Translations under genes and position numbers: made by a program
The notes under the pieces: generated by a model
Databases searched by the model: none
Told to the model about the DNA's origin: nothing
What the model saw: only the letters and a program-made list of their open reading frames with translations
Shown here: positions 1 through 8,989 of the stretch, piece after piece
Position numbering within the stretch: position 1 is the first letter of the stretch
Layout of the letters: every line of letters starts with the position of its first letter
Source: a virus
Length of the DNA stretch: 64,000 nt
Reading direction: 5' to 3' (one strand)
IMG/VR virus record: IMGVR_UViG_3300028840_003906

Positions 1-99
1 GAGGACGAACCGGTCAGGCTTGATGCGTATGGGTGCGCTGATCAGAGTGAGGTCGTCGACTCTTTTCCTGGCATCAGTGCGGATGGAGGAGGCTGGTAA

Positions 100-744
100 A
101 TGGAGGTTTTCAACACATACCCGCAGCAGCACCGGATTGAGCGTAGGTGGCCGGAAGCTTCTTGTTTCTTCGACCTGGACATATCAGCTGAGGATGTGAC
201 GATTCGGGAGATCCAATTTTGCCTTCAAGAGATACGGATCAATCCGTTGAAGGATCGGTACCAGAATCCGTTTTGCGTTTACGAAAACGGAAGTCTTCGC
301 GTGGTCAAGGATCCGCGTATGTTCCAGAAGACCAAGGAGCCGCCCGGAAAGAAGAGTTTGCTGCTAGAGAAGCTGATTGAGTTGGAGCGACACCCTGGAA
401 CGGGGGTCAATGAGCGACTGAGCGCGCGTGCGCGCATACAGGAGCTTCGTGGAAAGGGTGTCGAGACGAAGGGTGAGATGGTGGAGAATCTTTCGTTCCT
501 GAAGATCGATAGAAAGCAGCTCTTCATCGACAACATGGACGTGCTCAGCGGGGGCAGGTGTGGGAGGCTCCGTAGTGGAATGTGCGGGCTCCCTGGATCC
601 ACAGAAGAAACGCTTTTTGTGTACGTCGAGGCTTCGATAGCGGATGCCATCCAGATCTGGATCGATCACGCGCAGAATTGCGCCGATTGCTACGTCCGTG
701 TCGAGCCCGTCGGCGAGTCCAGGATGCTCAGGCTCCCTCTCTGA
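100..744 (+). CDS. hypothetical protein
   Basis: 214-aa ORF, GGAGG upstream; no family recognised. Confidence 0.6.
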   Translation: MEVFNTYPQQHRIERRWPEASCFFDLDISAEDVTIREIQFCLQEIRINPLKDRYQNPFCVYENGSLRVVKDPRMFQKTKEPPGKKSLLLEKLIELERHPGTGVNERLSARARIQELRGKGVETKGEMVENLSFLKIDRKQLFIDNMDVLSGGRCGRLRSGMCGLPGSTEETLFVYVEASIADAIQIWIDHAQNCADCYVRVEPVGESRMLRLPL

Positions 745-953
745 TCTTTTCCTCTTGACAAACTCTCGCATGGTGGTAAAACTCTTCCTCAGGAGACGAG
801 AAATGGAAAAGCGTACCGAAAAAATGGTCCCGATGACCCAAGACGCTACCACCCGCACCGGTGCTTCCCTGCATTGGTCTTCGTCCCTTTTCTGTTTGTA
901 TTCACTTCATAGTTTTAGCCTGTAAAGGCGCAGACTCTCAGCAAAACAAAACT

Positions 954-1042
954 GGAGAGCTGCGCTAATTGGCAGGCAGCACGCTTGGAAAGCGTGTCGG
1001 TCGGCGTGAGTCGGCTTGAGGGTTCGAATCCCTCGCTCTCCG
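954..1042 (+). tRNA. tRNA-Ser(GGA)
   Basis: GGAGAGC/GCTCTCC acceptor, CACGC-TTGGAAA-GCGTG arm, long variable arm, TTCGAAT T-loop, G73. Confidence 0.92.
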
Positions 1043-1048
1043 CTTCGG

Positions 1049-1062
1049 CGAACTTGAGTTCG
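1049..1062. promoter_or_regulatory. CGAACTTGAGTTCG palindrome (LexA-type box), copy 1
   Basis: exact 14-mer just after tRNA-Ser. Confidence 0.75.
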
Positions 1063-1093
1063 TCTGGCTCTTTGAAAATCGAGGATCCGTATT

Positions 1094-1181
1094 TGAGGAT
1101 TGACCGAGTGGCAATGGTACTCGACTCGAAATCGAAGGTCGTCGCGAGAGTGGCGCGGGGGTTCGATTCCCTCATCCTCAG
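1094..1181 (+). tRNA. tRNA-Ser(CGA)
   Basis: TGAGGAT/ATCCTCA acceptor, loop CTCGAAA, long variable arm, G73. Confidence 0.88.
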
Positions 1182-1187
1182 AATTGT

Positions 1188-1260
1188 GGTGGAGTTGGTC
1201 GAGCGGTTTAGACACAGGGTTGTGGCCCCTGGCACGCGGGTTCGAATCCCGTACTTCACC
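1188..1260 (+). tRNA. tRNA-His(GTG)
   Basis: 8-bp acceptor with G-1:C73, CAGGG-TTGTGGC-CCCTG arm. Confidence 0.92.
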
Positions 1261-1265
1261 CTGAT

Positions 1266-1356
1266 GGAGGGCTGGCCGAATGGTAAGGCACCCGGCTTGA
1301 ACCCGGAGGTCTTCGGCTTGGCGGTCGGAGTGTGGGATCGTTCCCCACGCCCTCCT
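1266..1356 (+). tRNA. tRNA-Ser(TGA), atypical T-loop
   Basis: GGAGGGC/GCCCTCC acceptor, loop CTTGAAC, long variable arm; T-loop ATCGTTC. Confidence 0.8.
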
Positions 1357-1361
1357 CTGAT

Positions 1362-1437
1362 GTCTCGGTGGCCGAGAGGCAAGGCATCTGGTTGCAACCC
1401 AGAATGGACGCCGGTTCGAATCCGGCCCGAGATTCCA
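1362..1437 (+). tRNA. tRNA-Cys(GCA)
   Basis: TCTGG-TTGCAAC-CCAGA arm, U73, encoded CCA. Confidence 0.93.
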
Positions 1438-1448
1438 TGGAGGTGGTC

Positions 1449-1676
1449 ATGAAAAAGAAGGATGCGAGGTACAGGCAATGCTTCATTGGGCGAGGATCGG
1501 TGCGCTGGACGGCGTGGCTGCCCGAGGGGCTGGCGAAGACGGGAAAGACGATCATTCCCCGGGGCCAGGAGCCTGCCACGGTTCTGAGGGCGTTCAGGGG
1601 CGTCTCAATCCGGCACGGAGATCTTATGGACCTTGCTTCGGAGCACAGGTACCACCGAGGACGGACAGATATTTGA
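1449..1676 (+). CDS. small hypothetical protein inside tRNA array
   Basis: GGAGGT RBS then ATG, 75 aa, fills gap between two tRNAs. Confidence 0.5.
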   Translation: MKKKDARYRQCFIGRGSVRWTAWLPEGLAKTGKTIIPRGQEPATVLRAFRGVSIRHGDLMDLASEHRYHRGRTDI

Positions 1677-1765
1677 GGAGGGCTGGCAGAATGGCATTGC
1701 GTCGGGTTGCTAACCCGTAGCCGTCGACTTGTATCGGCGCGGGGGTTCAAATCCCTCGCCCTCCG
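1677..1765 (+). tRNA. tRNA-Ser(GCT)
   Basis: GGAGGGC/GCCCTCC acceptor, loop TTGCTAA, long variable arm, G73. Confidence 0.9.
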
Positions 1766-1770
1766 CAGAT

Positions 1771-1844
1771 GGGTGGGTAGCTTTAATTAGGAAAGTCCCC
1801 GACTCCAAATCGGGAGGTTGAAGGTTCGAATCCTTCCTCACCTG
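1771..1844 (+). tRNA. tRNA-Trp(CCA)
   Basis: CCCGA-CTCCAAA-TCGGG arm, canonical T arm. Confidence 0.9.
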
Positions 1845-1850
1845 CTACAT

Positions 1851-1925
1851 GCGCCTCTGCCCCAAACAGGAAGAGGGACTGGTTTCAAAAGTCAGGAGAT
1901 CTCGGTTCGAGTCCGAGGGGGCGCA
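1851..1925 (+). tRNA. tRNA-Leu(CAA) with short variable loop
   Basis: GCGCCTC/GGGGCGC acceptor, CTGGT-TTCAAAA-GTCAG arm, 5-nt variable loop, A73. Confidence 0.75.
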
Positions 1926-1996
1926 CAGTTTGAATCTCACGAAATCGGATCCGTGAGAAACAAGGTGTCTTGTCGATCATGGATGAGGCACAACAT

Positions 1997-2082
1997 GCGC
2001 GAGTAGTCGAATGGAACAGACGGTGGACCGAGGCTCCACGGCTCCCGAAAGGGCACTCCGGGTTCGAATCCCGGCTCGCGTA
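1997..2082 (+). tRNA. tRNA-Leu(GAG)
   Basis: GTGGA-CCGAGGC-TCCAC arm (C33), long variable arm, A73. Confidence 0.88.
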
Positions 2083-2086
2083 CTAC

Positions 2087-2159
2087 GGATGGGTAGCTCA
2101 GTAGGTAGAGCACCGGATTGAAGATCCGGGTGTCGTCGGTTCAACTCCGACCCCATCCA
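2087..2159 (+). tRNA. tRNA-Phe(GAA)
   Basis: CCGGA-TTGAAGA-TCCGG arm (G37). Confidence 0.92.
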
Positions 2160-2164
2160 CTCTT

Positions 2165-2250
2165 GCGCGGATAGTCGAATGGAACAGACGGTGCGTTCAG
2201 GCCGCACGGCTGGCGAAAGCCCATTGAGGGTTCGAATCCCTCTCCGCGTA
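2165..2250 (+). tRNA. tRNA-Leu(CAG)
   Basis: GTGCG-TTCAGGC-CGCAC arm, long variable arm. Confidence 0.92.
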
Positions 2251-2256
2251 CTATTT

Positions 2257-2340
2257 GGGTCGGTAAACGCTAATGGTAGGCGAGCGGGCTGTAACCCCGT
2301 GGTGCTAGTCATCCTGTAGGTTCGAATCCTACCCGGCCCA
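2257..2340 (+). tRNA. tRNA-Tyr(GTA)
   Basis: GCGGG-CTGTAAC-CCCGT arm, long variable arm, A73. Confidence 0.9.
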
Positions 2341-2341
2341 C

Positions 2342-3820
2342 TCAGTTAATTTCTTTCCGATCCTCTGGGACCGGGTAGAGGCTTCCGGTCTGAATGAAGT
2401 CGTGGATGGCCGGGGAGATGTAGAGTCCTTCTGTCGCGCGCGTGATGGCGACGTACAGCAGGTTCATCTCGTCGTCGTCCAGGATTCCCTCCTGCGGATC
2501 CTCGTTGTGCGCGTCGATCAATCTGGTGAAGTCGCTCGCCAGATGCACAAACGGGAACTCCATGCCCTTGGATCGGTGTCCGGTGACGTAGGAGAGGTCG
2601 GAGAACCTTGCTCCAACGTCTCTGACCCTGACGATTTTCATGACCTCCGGAATCTGGCCGCCATACTCCTCGGCGATGATGCAGGCCGACTCGATCTCGG
2701 CGTTCTTTGCTTTCTGGCCGTACTCCCTCAGTTCCAGGAAATCGGAGAAGGACTTGATGAGCGGGTCTTTGGCCAATTCCTTCTGATCCGAGAAGAGGTA
2801 GTAGGCGTCGAGGATCGTCTGGAATCGGTAGTTCTTGTGATCTCCGCCGACAAACCCGAATGTTTTGTTTCCGTGGTGGCACTCGGAGGCGACCGATCGG
2901 AAGATGCTGATGTTCCCCCGGGAGATTGTGGTGTGCTTGATGCTGTCCGGGCAGTTGCTGATGTGAACCTTTGTGTGAAGTGGCTCGAAGCCCCTCAGGG
3001 GCAGTTTCTCGCCCTTGAATCGCCGGAGGAGGGTTGATGCCAAGTTGGCGACGTCCGGCCCAAAACGGAAGCTCTGGGAGAGCGAGAGGCGGATTGCGTC
3101 GTCGACCAGATCGAGTGCGTCGATGGCGCCCCTCCATCCGTAGATGGCTTGGTACGGATCCCCGACGACGATCTTCCTGCAGGTCTGGTTCTTGAAGATG
3201 TCCCAGACGCAGGGGGTGGTATCCTGGGCCTCGTCCAGGAGGATGTAGTTGAAGTTGAGCTTCGGCCCGGAGAGCTGGTAGAGCTTCAGGTATCCGTCGT
3301 GGGTCATCGGGAGGCTCTTGGGTCTCATGCTCTTCATGTCCTCCCAGACGAGGTCGGCCATCTGGGTGAGTGGCGGGATGTAGTCGGACTCGCTGTAGAA
3401 ATCGCGGACATGCTGGGGGATGTGGCTGTTGTTGATGTCCTCGTCTGCGGATGCCAGGAACACCCCCAGGATGTCGACCACGAAGTTGGCGATGACGAAG
3501 TTGGTCTCCAGGAGCCGGACGACGCGCCAGAGCGGAAGGCTGCCGCTGAGCATGCCTTTGTCTCGGTACTCGGCGCCGAAGGCGTGGTAGGCCAGGGAGT
3601 GGGTTGTCCTGCAGGAGACGTTCGCGGGCATCTTCCGCTCCGCTTCCAGCTGGATTGTCTTGTTGTAGGCAGCGTAGAGGATCTTGTCCACCGGTCGCTC
3701 TTCCGCGTACTGCTGGAGGGTGAATGTTTTCCCGGTACCGGCGAATGCCGAGATGAGGAGGGTTCCTCCCGCGTCCGGGGTGGCGCCGATGATGGCTTTC
3801 TGTTCATCTGTCAGGTTCAT
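2342..3820 (-). CDS. UvrD/FBH1-like superfamily 1 DNA helicase
   Basis: AFAGTGKT Walker A, LLDEAQD, VGDPYQAIYGWRG, SFRFG, HRSKGMEF, YVAITRA. Confidence 0.92.
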   Translation of the reverse strand: MNLTDEQKAIIGATPDAGGTLLISAFAGTGKTFTLQQYAEERPVDKILYAAYNKTIQLEAERKMPANVSCRTTHSLAYHAFGAEYRDKGMLSGSLPLWRVVRLLETNFVIANFVVDILGVFLASADEDINNSHIPQHVRDFYSESDYIPPLTQMADLVWEDMKSMRPKSLPMTHDGYLKLYQLSGPKLNFNYILLDEAQDTTPCVWDIFKNQTCRKIVVGDPYQAIYGWRGAIDALDLVDDAIRLSLSQSFRFGPDVANLASTLLRRFKGEKLPLRGFEPLHTKVHISNCPDSIKHTTISRGNISIFRSVASECHHGNKTFGFVGGDHKNYRFQTILDAYYLFSDQKELAKDPLIKSFSDFLELREYGQKAKNAEIESACIIAEEYGGQIPEVMKIVRVRDVGARFSDLSYVTGHRSKGMEFPFVHLASDFTRLIDAHNEDPQEGILDDDEMNLLYVAITRATEGLYISPAIHDFIQTGSLYPVPEDRKEIN

Positions 3821-4008
3821 TTTCTATTTTTCCTCTCTCCAGGAATCAGCTCCTGGCATCGTTTCGCTGGTAGTGTTGCCATCCTAAGTGGGTTTTGTCA
3901 ACTCAAGGGTGCGAGAAAAAATGGAGTTGACAAATCTCCGTTTCAAGGCTAAAGGTCTTATAAGATTCCTGGCGCGGTGCCAGGCATGAACAAAGAGGAA
4001 ACAGGAAA

Positions 4009-5025
4009 ATGAGAAACGAGACCAAGATCACTGCGGTCAAAACGTCGGACGGATTCTATATCACGGCGGCAATTGGACGTCATATAAGCGGGACTGGGCT
4101 TGAGGGACTTTTTCTCAACGGGGTGTTCGTGGCCGATTACGCCAAGGATACATTTCACAAGGAATGGCTGCATGTTCCGGAGGAGGTGAAGACCCTGCAA
4201 AGGAAGCTCCCCAGAGAGCGATTGAATAGGAGAATGCAGCTCATTGACAAGTCGATCGAATCCGAGAAGATACCGGCCACTATTGAGTTCGGGGATATTG
4301 TCGATCTTGATAGAGGCTGCGTGGAATGGGAAGAGGAGTATTCTCATCTGGTGTCGCTGTACAAGCAGGTCTGGGACGACGGGCCTGAGAGGTTTGAGGA
4401 TGTGGAGTTCTCTTTTGATGTCGTCCTGAGTGTCGACAAGATCGACGACGGCGGTCCGTTTGCATACTCTGTGGAGAGGGACAGAAAGCAGAAGCTGATT
4501 GAGCGGCACGATATCCAGGTCGATCTCATGGGGCAGATCATGTTTCCGGAGATCGCGCATCCTGCTCTTGCCTGCAAGCTTTCTTCGCAGCAGACATACG
4601 ACATCGTCCGGCAGCATGTGAAGGACAACCTGAATCCGGTTGCGGCTGAGATCACCTCCGATTACGACTTCTGTTTCACCGTGAAGAAGAAGATTCGTCT
4701 GGCTGAGGTGGAGAAGTTCACCGTCGATGTGAACAACAACATCTTCCAGAAGAGAAAACGCAAGCCGAAATACGAGGAGCGATACAGGAGAGAGCGTCTC
4801 GTAGAGGTCTTCGAGATGACAAGTGAGGAGAGGGGATACCAGGGTTACACACGCATCAAAGGGTTCACCGGAAAGAACCAGCGGGATCTGAAGGAAAAGA
4901 TCGACTTCTATCTGGAGTCTCTGATGGAATTCCTGAACAAGCCGCTGGTCGATTGCCCGGACTGCAAAGGGCTCGGCGTTGTTCTCGATAGCCAGACGGA
5001 GTCCGAGCGTAGGGATTCGAAGTAA
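4009..5025 (+). CDS. phage hypothetical protein with C-terminal CxxCxGxG
   Basis: 338-aa ORF downstream of TTGACA promoter. Confidence 0.75.
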   Translation: MRNETKITAVKTSDGFYITAAIGRHISGTGLEGLFLNGVFVADYAKDTFHKEWLHVPEEVKTLQRKLPRERLNRRMQLIDKSIESEKIPATIEFGDIVDLDRGCVEWEEEYSHLVSLYKQVWDDGPERFEDVEFSFDVVLSVDKIDDGGPFAYSVERDRKQKLIERHDIQVDLMGQIMFPEIAHPALACKLSSQQTYDIVRQHVKDNLNPVAAEITSDYDFCFTVKKKIRLAEVEKFTVDVNNNIFQKRKRKPKYEERYRRERLVEVFEMTSEERGYQGYTRIKGFTGKNQRDLKEKIDFYLESLMEFLNKPLVDCPDCKGLGVVLDSQTESERRDSK

Positions 5026-5028
5026 AAA

Positions 5029-5042
5029 CGAACTTGAGTTCG
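5029..5042. promoter_or_regulatory. LexA-type box copy 2
   Basis: CGAACTTGAGTTCG between stop and next RBS. Confidence 0.75.
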
Positions 5043-5055
5043 CTAGGAGGATGGA

Positions 5056-5277
5056 ATGGGAGATGTTGTCTCGATTGAAGAGAAGAAGGATTGGTTTTTC
5101 ACGTTCGGGTACGGGCAGCACGGTGGCGGCCTCAGGAACAACTACGTGAAGATCTATGGGACGTACGATTCTGCGCGGGCCGAGATGGTGCGTAGGTATG
5201 GAGAGGAATGGTCATTCCAGCATGGTTCTGCCGAGGATGCCGGGGTTGAGGAGTTTGGGTTGAAGGAGGTCAAGTAG
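5056..5277 (+). CDS. small phage hypothetical protein
   Basis: AGGAGG RBS; WFFTFGYGQ...YVKI...AR motif. Confidence 0.7.
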   Translation: MGDVVSIEEKKDWFFTFGYGQHGGGLRNNYVKIYGTYDSARAEMVRRYGEEWSFQHGSAEDAGVEEFGLKEVK

Positions 5278-5745
5278 ATGGGGAAGAAGGACCTGAATTT
5301 CGAGCATCAGGGGGACGGGTACGATTTTTTGGCTGCGGAGGTGACGGAGAACGGGGCGAAGCGAGACTGGTATGTCTGTGTGTCCCCGGACGGAAATCGG
5401 GATCTCTTCTGTCGGGTTGGAGAGGGTGCTCCGGAGTACTCTTCATGCACGATCGGGTCTACCGTGACGCCGACCACTCTTGAGCTTTCTGCGTACGTTC
5501 GAGGGTTCAAGTTCACGCAGGAGGAGCTTGCTGAGTTTGGGCACCGGTACCTGGAGGAGAAGCTTCAGAAGATGTCGGTGGATCAGCTGGCGAGGTTTAT
5601 GCCAGCCTGGGAGGATGAGTCTCTGCTCGGGCCGATGAACAAGCGGTGCGACAGGTGTTTTTCAAGAAACAGCATGCTTGCTGGTAATGATGTGCACGAG
5701 GGGTACGATGGGTTCCCGGTGTGCCAAGAATGCGGGGAGGTCTGA
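5278..5745 (+). CDS. hypothetical protein, C-terminal CxxC...CxxC
   Basis: coupled 155-aa ORF. Confidence 0.65.
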   Translation: MGKKDLNFEHQGDGYDFLAAEVTENGAKRDWYVCVSPDGNRDLFCRVGEGAPEYSSCTIGSTVTPTTLELSAYVRGFKFTQEELAEFGHRYLEEKLQKMSVDQLARFMPAWEDESLLGPMNKRCDRCFSRNSMLAGNDVHEGYDGFPVCQECGEV

Positions 5746-5746
5746 G

Positions 5747-6709
5747 GTGGATTTCAAGGAAAAAGCAAAACAGAACATGATTCTTAAGATCCGGGTTGGG
5801 TCGCATTTGTTCGGAACTTCGACGCCGGACAGCGACGAGGATTTCGTGGGGATCTTTATGCCATTCGACGAGACGGTGTACGGGTTTCGGAAATGTGATG
5901 AGGTGGATCTTGGGGTTGTGGACAAGGACGACACCGGTCGCAACACCAAGGACGCGATCGATTTCAAGCTCCATGAGTACAGGAAGTTCTTCAGGCTTGC
6001 GCTGGAGAACAACCCGAACATCTTGCACGCGCTGTTCGTGAACAAGGAGAACATTCTGTTTCAGGACGACTGCGGGTTCGCGGAGAACCTCCTGGAGCGG
6101 GCTGAGGAGTTCATCCACAAGGGTGCGTATCGGAGGTTCGTCGGATACGCGCATGCGCAACAGCACAAGATGAAGATCAAGCCGCAGAATTACGCTGATC
6201 TTGAGAGTGGGCTGGAGATCCTTCAAGGGTTCAGTGATCAGCTTGTAATGGCCGATGTTGTGAGATCGATCGGTTCGCTTGAGAATGGGCCGTTCAAGGA
6301 TATGGGAAACGGCAAGCATATAAAATGCGGGGATATCAATTTCGAGCGTGGTGTGTTTGTAAAGAAGGCCAGGAAGATGATTCAGGGCAGGCTGGACAAT
6401 GCGACGAATCGTCATGTCCTGTTTACGAAGTACGGATTTGACGTGAAGTTCGCTTCGAATCTGATTCATCTTCTGATGTCGGGGCGCGAGCTGATGGAGA
6501 CCGGGCGGATCGTCTTCCCGCTGACCTACGCTAAGGATGTCCTCGATGTCAAACAGGGGAAGTACACGCCTGAGGAGATCGAGAAGTGGGCCGATGACCT
6601 TCTGGAGGATGCGCGACAGGCGTACGAGAAGACCACGCTTCCGAGCGGGCCAGGGAGCGCGCTGGAGCAGTTTGCTATCAATGAAGTCCGATCCTGGATG
6701 AGGATGTAG
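5747..6709 (+). CDS. Pol-beta superfamily nucleotidyltransferase (RlaP-like)
   Basis: GSHLFGTSTPDSDEDFVG motif, NNPNILHALF, YGFDVKFASNLIHL. Confidence 0.88.
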   Translation: MDFKEKAKQNMILKIRVGSHLFGTSTPDSDEDFVGIFMPFDETVYGFRKCDEVDLGVVDKDDTGRNTKDAIDFKLHEYRKFFRLALENNPNILHALFVNKENILFQDDCGFAENLLERAEEFIHKGAYRRFVGYAHAQQHKMKIKPQNYADLESGLEILQGFSDQLVMADVVRSIGSLENGPFKDMGNGKHIKCGDINFERGVFVKKARKMIQGRLDNATNRHVLFTKYGFDVKFASNLIHLLMSGRELMETGRIVFPLTYAKDVLDVKQGKYTPEEIEKWADDLLEDARQAYEKTTLPSGPGSALEQFAINEVRSWMRM

Positions 6710-6718
6710 ATCCCAGAA

Positions 6719-6732
6719 CGAACTTGAGTTCG
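6719..6732. promoter_or_regulatory. LexA-type box copy 3
   Basis: CGAACTTGAGTTCG 10 nt after stop, upstream of AT-rich promoter region. Confidence 0.75.
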
Positions 6733-6999
6733 TTTTCATTCATGCCTCGTAACCTTCCGTTATAAAAAGAGAATTCGAGCTGGCGAAAGAAAGAGCTTGA
6801 CTTGGTCAAAAAAATCCAACATGTAATCCGGGAATCAAGATCCATCACAAGCAGCACACAGAGGGGAGGGAGGCTAACTATTATATGTGTTAAAAAACTC
6901 AGAAATCGCCATAAAAGAGTTGACTAACGCAGAAAGACGGATTAAGGTGTAGCTGACCTTGAGGATGCTGGCTGGGATGGCCAGAGAGGGAGATTTAGA

Positions 7000-7197
7000 A
7001 TGCCGACCAAAGAATACAGAGACGTGATCCATCTTCAGAAAAATGGTGTGTGGCCCGGTGGATCGGTGCCGGATTGGGTTCACGAGTTTCTGAAGAAGTA
7101 CGGTGTTGGGGCTCCTGCTGCCACTTCTCCGATTGTCATCGAGGAAGCGATGAGGCGCGAGATCGAGTCGCTTCGTGAGTTCCAGGGTGAATCTTGA
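7000..7197 (+). CDS. hypothetical protein
   Basis: 65-aa ORF after TTGACT-17-TAAGGT promoter. Confidence 0.55.
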   Translation: MPTKEYRDVIHLQKNGVWPGGSVPDWVHEFLKKYGVGAPAATSPIVIEEAMRREIESLREFQGES

Positions 7198-7330
7198 GAA
7201 TTGTCGATGATCTCATTGGCAGGGCTCAGGATCTCACTGTTTCTCGTGTCGATGATGCGACCAAGAAGGCCGAAAAGCTCATAGATGCGATCAGTAGGTA
7301 TCGGGTGTTTATTTTCAAGGCGGCCAGGGG

Positions 7331-7657
7331 ATGAGACACAAGGTCAAGATTGAGGAGATCATTCGGGAGTCGGACGGGGCGTCGTTCACCCGGGTCACTC
7401 TTCATGACCTCGCGGGATCTGACCTGTTTTCAGTGGAGTGCACAGGAGAGAATCCGAAGGAGGCACTTCTTGCCCTCGCTCACAGGATGCGACTGATTTC
7501 TGATGACGCTGCAGATGTTGCCGGGATGCTGTTTGACCAGGCGTGGGTCCCGGAGTTGACGGATACGAACTCAAGTTCGTCTCGCGGAATGCCGATCCTC
7601 CGTCTCGTGCCCTCGGAGGAAGATCTCCTGAAGGGTGATGAAGAAAAAGGAACTTGA
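7331..7657 (+). CDS. hypothetical protein
   Basis: 108-aa ORF. Confidence 0.55.
   Translation: MRHKVKIEEIIRESDGASFTRVTLHDLAGSDLFSVECTGENPKEALLALAHRMRLISDDAADVAGMLFDQAWVPELTDTNSSSSRGMPILRLVPSEEDLLKGDEEKGT
7566..7579. promoter_or_regulatory. LexA-type box copy 4 (reverse orientation)
   Basis: CGAACTCAAGTTCG inside ORF, 80 nt before tnpB. Confidence 0.65.
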
Positions 7658-7659
7658 GA

Positions 7660-8892
7660 ATGTCGAAGGATAAGCCACAACTTCGGGCATACAAGACGGA
7701 GGTTGATCCCAACAATAAGCAAGTCTCTCTTCTCTTGGGTTGCTGTGGGATGCGCCGTTTTGCCTGGAATTGGGCATTGGAGAGAATTAATTACAGGGAA
7801 CTTGAACCCAACGCCATGAAGTTGCACAAAGAGTGGAACAAGTGGAAAAAGGACAATCTGCCTTGGTGGCCTCAGTATTCCAAGGCAGCGCCCCAAGAGG
7901 CATTTCGTGATCTGCAACAAGCATTCTCCAGGTTCTTCAATGGACTCAAAGGCAAAGGACCAAGAGTCGGATACCCCAAGTTCAAGAACAAGCGTAAGTC
8001 GAAAAGGTCTTTTCGTTTGACCGGTGTGATTCATGTAGAGAAGAACCGGATCAAGGTACCCCGGATCGGGTGGTTGAGACTCAAGGAAAAAGCATATATC
8101 CCAGTTGGTGTGAAGGTGGCTTCTGTGACCATCTCCGAACGTGCTGGTCGATGGTTTGTGTCGGCACTTTGTCATCCCCACCAACAAGAGCCACCTCTGT
8201 TTCAAGGCGGAAAAGTTTTGGGCGCTGATCTTGGAAGCAAGGTTCTGGCTTATATTTCGGATGAACGACGTTTTGATAATCCCAAAGCATACCGCAAGCT
8301 GGAGAAACAACTGGCAAAGTTACAAAGGAGGTTTGCCAGACAACAAAAAGGAAGTCGTAGGAGAGAACGCACCCGTCAACGGATTGCTCGACTTCACTAC
8401 AAGATCGCCTGTATCCGTTTGGATTCGACACACAAGGCAACGACTGATATTGCGAGAACCAAGGAATTGTCAGTCGTTGTGCTTGAGGATCTCAATGTGA
8501 AGGAGATGGTGAAGAATCGGAGGTTTGCAAAGACGATCCAGGATGCCGCATGGGGAGAATTTCGCCGTCAGGTGGAATACAAGTCCAGGTGGAACGGATT
8601 TGAGATGGCACTAGCGCCAAGGTTCTTCCCGTCGTCAAAGACCTGTTCGGGGTGTGGTCATGTCAAATCCGAATTGGGTTTGGATGAACGAGTGTACATC
8701 TGTGGTGCATGTGGTTTGGAAATTGACCGTGACCTGAATGCGGCTTTGAATTTGAGGTTTTGGTATATAGAGAAAAACACCGTCAGTTCGACGGGAAGTG
8801 GACGTGGAGAAGATGTAAGACCCGGATCTACTTGTAGTAAGGGGCAGACTTCGTTGAAGCGTCAACCAAACATCAATTTGCCCTCCGGGTAG
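7660..8892 (+). CDS. tnpB: TnpB RNA-guided endonuclease
   Basis: RAYKTEV HTH, GADLG (RuvC-I D), VVLEDLNV (RuvC-II E), SSKTCSGCG...CGACG zinc ribbon, DRDLNAALNL (RuvC-III D). Confidence 0.95.
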   Translation: MSKDKPQLRAYKTEVDPNNKQVSLLLGCCGMRRFAWNWALERINYRELEPNAMKLHKEWNKWKKDNLPWWPQYSKAAPQEAFRDLQQAFSRFFNGLKGKGPRVGYPKFKNKRKSKRSFRLTGVIHVEKNRIKVPRIGWLRLKEKAYIPVGVKVASVTISERAGRWFVSALCHPHQQEPPLFQGGKVLGADLGSKVLAYISDERRFDNPKAYRKLEKQLAKLQRRFARQQKGSRRRERTRQRIARLHYKIACIRLDSTHKATTDIARTKELSVVVLEDLNVKEMVKNRRFAKTIQDAAWGEFRRQVEYKSRWNGFEMALAPRFFPSSKTCSGCGHVKSELGLDERVYICGACGLEIDRDLNAALNLRFWYIEKNTVSSTGSGRGEDVRPGSTCSKGQTSLKRQPNINLPSG

Positions 8893-8916
8893 ATTTGTCT
8901 AAGTTTTGGAGAACGG
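7660..8916 (+). mobile_element. non-autonomous TnpB-only element, IS607-like right end
   Basis: no tnpA adjacent; omega-RNA-like 3' region ending GTTTTGGAGAACGG; left end not resolved. Confidence 0.65.
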
Positions 8917-8989
8917 TTGAAAAACCTGTTTTTGTATGGCAGTATGGTCCTTCGATTTCGGTGCAGATGCCGAGGAGTGGAGAATCTAG

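Noticed and set aside
7649-7662. GGAACTTGAGAATG as another operator
   Set aside because: Only a half match; right arm absent
7660-8892. TnpB as Cas12 or nuclease-dead TldR
   Set aside because: No CRISPR array; the catalytic triad is intact
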